Shown here: positions 19,039 to 22,417 of the stretch, one piece after another
Layout of the letters: each line of letters begins with the position of its first letter
Position numbering within the stretch: position 1 is the first letter of the stretch
IMG/VR virus record: IMGVR_UViG_3300000301_000076
DNA: 22,417 bases
From: a virus
Lineage: Duplodnaviria; Heunggongvirae; Uroviricota; Caudoviricetes
Strand: one strand, 5' to 3'
Notes under the pieces: model-generated
The model's input: only the letters and a program-made list of their open reading frames with translations
Databases searched by the model: none
Told to the model about the DNA's origin: nothing
Made by a program: the position numbers and the translations under genes

Positions 19039-19869
19039 ATGCATTCGTTAGTATTTGCATTTAAAAACATACTCAAGAATGTTATAAACATACTAGGGAT
19101 GTTAAATATTTTTTTGTCTGTGAGGGTGAGGAGAAAAGATATAAAAGATAAATTAAAGGAACTTAACAAAGAAAAAGAACAATTAAAAAGCGAAGAAATT
19201 ATTATTGATTTATACAAGAAAAAACTCGCATCTAGCAAGGGGAAAGCTAATGATAAAATCAAAGGAAAAATAATTCACTATATTATTGCTAGAGAGTTGG
19301 GGAATGATCCTGATAATGAAGATTTGCGACATAATCTTTTTACAAAGATAAAAGAATCAGAAGAACAGGTTGAAGTTCTGGTTCATCAAAGAGAAGTAAG
19401 TGAGCAGGCGAACAAAAAAGAAACGGTTGTCAATTTGTTTTTATTGTATGAAAAAAATAAATTGTTTAAAGCTAAGGGGTTGGCTGTGTTTCTTATAGTT
19501 ATAAACTTAATTATAGTTGCGACTCTCGATCTTCCAGCTTGGTCATTGATTATAAGTTTTTTTATTCTCTCTTTNNNNNNNNNNNNNNNNNNNNNNNNNN
19601 NNNNNNNNNNNNNNNNNNNNNNNNNNNNNNNNNNNNNNNNNNNNNNNNNNNNNNNNNNNNNNNNNNNNNNNNNNNNNNNNATTCGTGTCTCTAAAGGATA
19701 TTTTGGCACAAGTGCGTATGAAGCGGTTCAATTGCTTAAATTCATCAGAGAAAATTCAGACAAATTTGACTCAGATGATAATGACGGTAGCCCACGACGG
19801 ATATTGAATCCGAAGGGAACAACAAAAAAATCAGACAACCTATTCGATAAAGGGTGGCAAAATGTTTGA
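19039..19869 (+). CDS. Hypothetical membrane-associated protein, AT-rich gene (N-run 19575-19680)
   Basis: ATG 19039 with TGGAG 9 nt upstream. Amphipathic N-terminus, Lys/Glu-rich coiled-coil-like stretch, hydrophobic block (GLAVFLIVINLIIVATLDLPAWSLIISFFILS), soluble C-terminal tail. GC is much lower than the flanks (about 30 percent by eye). No family recognised. Confidence 0.5.
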   Translation: MHSLVFAFKNILKNVINILGMLNIFLSVRVRRKDIKDKLKELNKEKEQLKSEEIIIDLYKKKLASSKGKANDKIKGKIIHYIIARELGNDPDNEDLRHNLFTKIKESEEQVEVLVHQREVSEQANKKETVVNLFLLYEKNKLFKAKGLAVFLIVINLIIVATLDLPAWSLIISFFILSXXXXXXXXXXXXXXXXXXXXXXXXXXXXXXXXXXXXIRVSKGYFGTSAYEAVQLLKFIRENSDKFDSDDNDGSPRRILNPKGTTKKSDNLFDKGWQNV

Positions 19870-20284
19870 CCTTGACGCCATCACTAAGTTCTTAAATCAG
19901 TGTTTTGATCTACTTTTGCTCAAGCAGCCTTTAAGAACTGTTTTCGGAATACTGATTGGTTTCATTATTTTTGTTTTTGTTTACACGTTTAGGTTTGCGA
20001 TAGCTCAAGATTTTTATGAAATAGATGGTGTGCATTACGCTGCATGTTTCGTCATCGGTGTTTTAGTTGTTCACACAAGAACATTTTTTGACGTTATCAA
20101 GGGCACCGCAGTTGATGAAGAAATAGATAGTATGATCAGAGTTATTACGAAGCAGCCACACCTATCTAACCATCAAAAAAACATAATGATTGCTGAAATA
20201 CTTCAAAAAGAAATTGCAGCCATAAGTCAAAAGAGATTGGATAAAGTTGCACAAGAAATAACGGAGAAAAAGACAACTGATTAA
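19862..20284 (+). CDS. Hypothetical small membrane protein (two predicted TM helices), translationally coupled to the upstream gene
   Basis: ATG 19862 overlaps the upstream stop (ATGTTTGA). Hydrophobic segments TVFGILIGFIIFVFVYTF and AACFVIGVLVV, then a charged C-terminal helix. AT-rich. No family recognised. Confidence 0.5.
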   Translation: MFDLDAITKFLNQCFDLLLLKQPLRTVFGILIGFIIFVFVYTFRFAIAQDFYEIDGVHYAACFVIGVLVVHTRTFFDVIKGTAVDEEIDSMIRVITKQPHLSNHQKNIMIAEILQKEIAAISQKRLDKVAQEITEKKTTD

Positions 20285-20464
20285 TTTAATTACCTGTTTC
20301 TGTATATAAATAATAAGTAACTTATTAAATATATATACGGAAGCAGGTCTTTTAAAAGACACCCACCAGAACAACTCCCTTCCGTTTCCACTTCCAAAAA
20401 CTGCCACCAGTCGCTATCATCCGCTCATTGTGATAAGTAAGTAACTACCTACCAGGTGAGCCAC

Positions 20465-21284
20465 ATGAGCCAAATCTTTTTCGATACCATCGACAACAAC
20501 CAGTACGACTTCATGACAGAGTGGAATACCGCTGTTATGGACAAGTGGGTTGCTGAAAACATTGGTTTGTCGCGCTGTAAAGACGAGGCTGAACTCTTCG
20601 AGACGAAGTGGTTTGATTATCGCGACATGCATCCTCTCATGGCCACCTGTCTTTTTACGGAGGCATACAAACGTCAGTACTCAAATATCATGCTGACGCA
20701 CGGTCGCGAACACTTTGAAACAGCTCCGTTCACCACCGGGTTAAAACGTCTGCCTTATCAGGAGTTGTCGACTGCCAACAAAACGTCGCTATGGAAAGCA
20801 CGCCAGTTTGCGGATCGCTATTGCTGCTCATACGACTACTTTATCTCCACCGTTCTTTCCGCAGCTGCACGACGGCTGTGGGACAAGCTGCCGCGCCCAC
20901 AGCATTTGTGGCAGCCAGAACTGATTNNNNNNNNNNNNNNNNNNNNNNNNNNNNNNNNNNNNNNNNNNNNNNNNNNNNNNNNNNNNNNNNNNNNNNNNNN
21001 NNNNNNNNNNNNNTGAAGAGAAATTAGCCAGACGCGCAACAACCCGTCTGGATGACTCTCTTGTTAGCTTTAAGCATATGGGAGACATGCAGTTCAACCC
21101 GATTCAGGAAAGCTATTTTGAGTGGATTCTGGAGCGTTTGCGCACCATCCCTCGCAGCAAGCGCATACGCGCAATTTTCTCCGCTATCTGGCTAATGGAA
21201 ATCGTTCCAGAGCGCCTTATTTCCGCCCACTTTCCAGAAGAACTGGAAGAAGCACGGCGGTTTATTGATCCCCTATCTAATTAA
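20465..21284 (+). CDS. Hypothetical protein upstream of the helicase; possible replication-associated factor (N-run 20927-21013)
   Basis: Open frame either side of the N-run, both halves soluble with protein-like composition; lies directly upstream of a DnaB-like helicase gene. No family recognised. Start could be GTG 20456 or ATG 20465. Confidence 0.4.
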
Positions 21285-21327
21285 CTAATACTAGAAAACA
21301 ATTTGTTTAAAAAACAAAGGAAAGCAC

Positions 21328-22417
21328 ATGACCGAACTTTGCCATACAGGACGCGGGCTGTCCGAAGAGTTTGATGAAGATTTCCAGAACAGACTGACGG
21401 CATATTTTTGTCGTGATCACGAGTTTCTTACTCGTGCGGGAGATCTGGTTGTGCCTAGCCAATTTGCCAATGCGGCCAATGCCATATTGGTTAATATGGT
21501 TTCGGGCTATTACCGTATGTACAAGAGCGCGCCCTCTTCATCTGCAATTCTGGATATGCTTAAGCGTGCGAAACGCGATAAGACTATCCGTGAGGAACTA
21601 TTCGCAGATGTTGTTGCTGCGTTTAAGCGCATTCTTGCAGAAAAATTGTCCGATACCTCGTACATGGTTGACCAGGTATCAACCTTCGCAAAAAGTGTAG
21701 CGTTTGATGATGCTCTGATTAAGGCTGCTGAACTGAAAGAGAAAGGCGACTTTCAGGGGGCGATGGCAATCATGGCCAAGGTTCAGCAGATTGGATCGAA
21801 CGAAGCGACCGGAATCTATGACTACTACACCTCCGCAAGTGAGCGATTGAAAGCGCGTGAATATGAGGCTTCAGAGGAGTATGTACCAAACAGTATTACA
21901 ACTGGACTCCCTCTTCTCGATAGGTTGCTGTACCAAAAAGGCTGGGCAAAGCGCGAAATGGTGCTCTTCATGGGGTTCGCTAAATCCGGTAAATCGACCG
22001 CAATGGGTGAGTTTTCCATAAACGCAACACTTGCTGGCTACAATGTTCTGTATCTCTCGCTGGAGGTTCACACCACCATTTTATCCGACCGTTTTGATGC
22101 AAGATTGTCGGAGACGGAAATGTCCAAGTTGGTGGAACGGCGCGATGAAGTTCATCGCAAGTTGGCAGAGTTGGGAGCTACGAAGGGTATTGGTAGTTTG
22201 TGGGTTGTTGAGCGTCCGTCAGGAAGTATGTCACCGGCAGATCTGGACCGTATGCTTAACAGCATGAAAGCCAACGGCATGGTGCCTGACATGGTTGTTG
22301 TCGACTACGCAGATTTGATGCGTGCCAGTTATGACCTTCGTGATGATCGCGCCAACATTCGTAGTATCTACACCGATTTACGTGCTCTTTATGACAAGCA
22401 TAACGTTGCTGGGATCA
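21328..22417 (+). CDS. DnaB-like replicative helicase, 3' partial (runs off the window end)
   Basis: I translated this frame by hand from ATG 21328: no stop to nt 22417 (363 codons). Walker A GFAKSGKST and Walker B-like MVVVDYADLM in the RecA-like C-terminal half, with a helical N-terminal domain. It is absent from the ORF track only because it has no stop in the window. Confidence 0.75.
   Translation, partial: MTELCHTGRGLSEEFDEDFQNRLTAYFCRDHEFLTRAGDLVVPSQFANAANAILVNMVSGYYRMYKSAPSSSAILDMLKRAKRDKTIREELFADVVAAFKRILAEKLSDTSYMVDQVSTFAKSVAFDDALIKAAELKEKGDFQGAMAIMAKVQQIGSNEATGIYDYYTSASERLKAREYEASEEYVPNSITTGLPLLDRLLYQKGWAKREMVLFMGFAKSGKSTAMGEFSINATLAGYNVLYLSLEVHTTILSDRFDARLSETEMSKLVERRDEVHRKLAELGATKGIGSLWVVERPSGSMSPADLDRMLNSMKANGMVPDMVVVDYADLMRASYDLRDDRANIRSIYTDLRALYDKHNVAGI

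Noticed and set aside
2699-21013. About 25 runs of N (roughly 60-210 nt each) scattered through the window
   Set aside because: These are masking or assembly gaps, not biology. Reading frames change across many of them, so their lengths do not preserve the original spacing. Gene lengths and some gene ends are approximate as a result, and I drew no conclusions from gap length.
20417-21097. - strand ORFs (20417-20632, 20828-21097, 20836-21042) and the + strand ORF 20791-21027 overlapping the hypothetical replication-associated gene
   Set aside because: They overlap a longer coherent + strand frame and have no start signals.
21413-22267. ORFs 21413-21700 (+), 21825-22019 (-), 21871-22071 (-) and 22031-22267 (+)
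   Set aside because: All fall inside the DnaB-like helicase reading frame, which I translated through without a stop. They are alternative-frame artefacts.
1-22417. Searched for tRNA genes, an integrase or attachment site, and IS-element terminal inverted repeats
   Set aside because: Nothing convincing was found by eye. Absence in this window does not exclude their presence elsewhere on the element.

Overview
This window reads as a contiguous slice of a lambda-like siphovirus genome that also carries plasmid-maintenance genes, so it is most likely a phage-plasmid or a prophage with a plasmid-like maintenance module. Left to right on the + strand: a 5'-truncated tape measure protein, lambda M-L-K-I homologues and a very long J-like tip protein with a repeat insertion, a side tail fibre, a small standalone protein carrying an intramolecular-chaperone (S74-type) domain, and a lysis cassette (holin-like, endolysin-like, spanin). 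On the - strand there is an AtaT/AtaR-like GNAT toxin with its DUF1778 antitoxin. Then follow a small ParA with an RHH ParG-like partner, a strong terminator, an AT-rich two-gene membrane-protein cassette of unknown function, and a replication module ending in a 3'-truncated DnaB-like helicase. The most likely candidate for an undescribed system is the AT-rich two-gene cassette at 19039-20284; the standalone chaperone-domain protein and the atypical lysis proteins are also worth a second look. About 25 runs of N interrupt almost every gene and shift reading frames, so most gene ends and lengths are approximate. All calls rest on reading the translations and on recalled family motifs; no database search was run.
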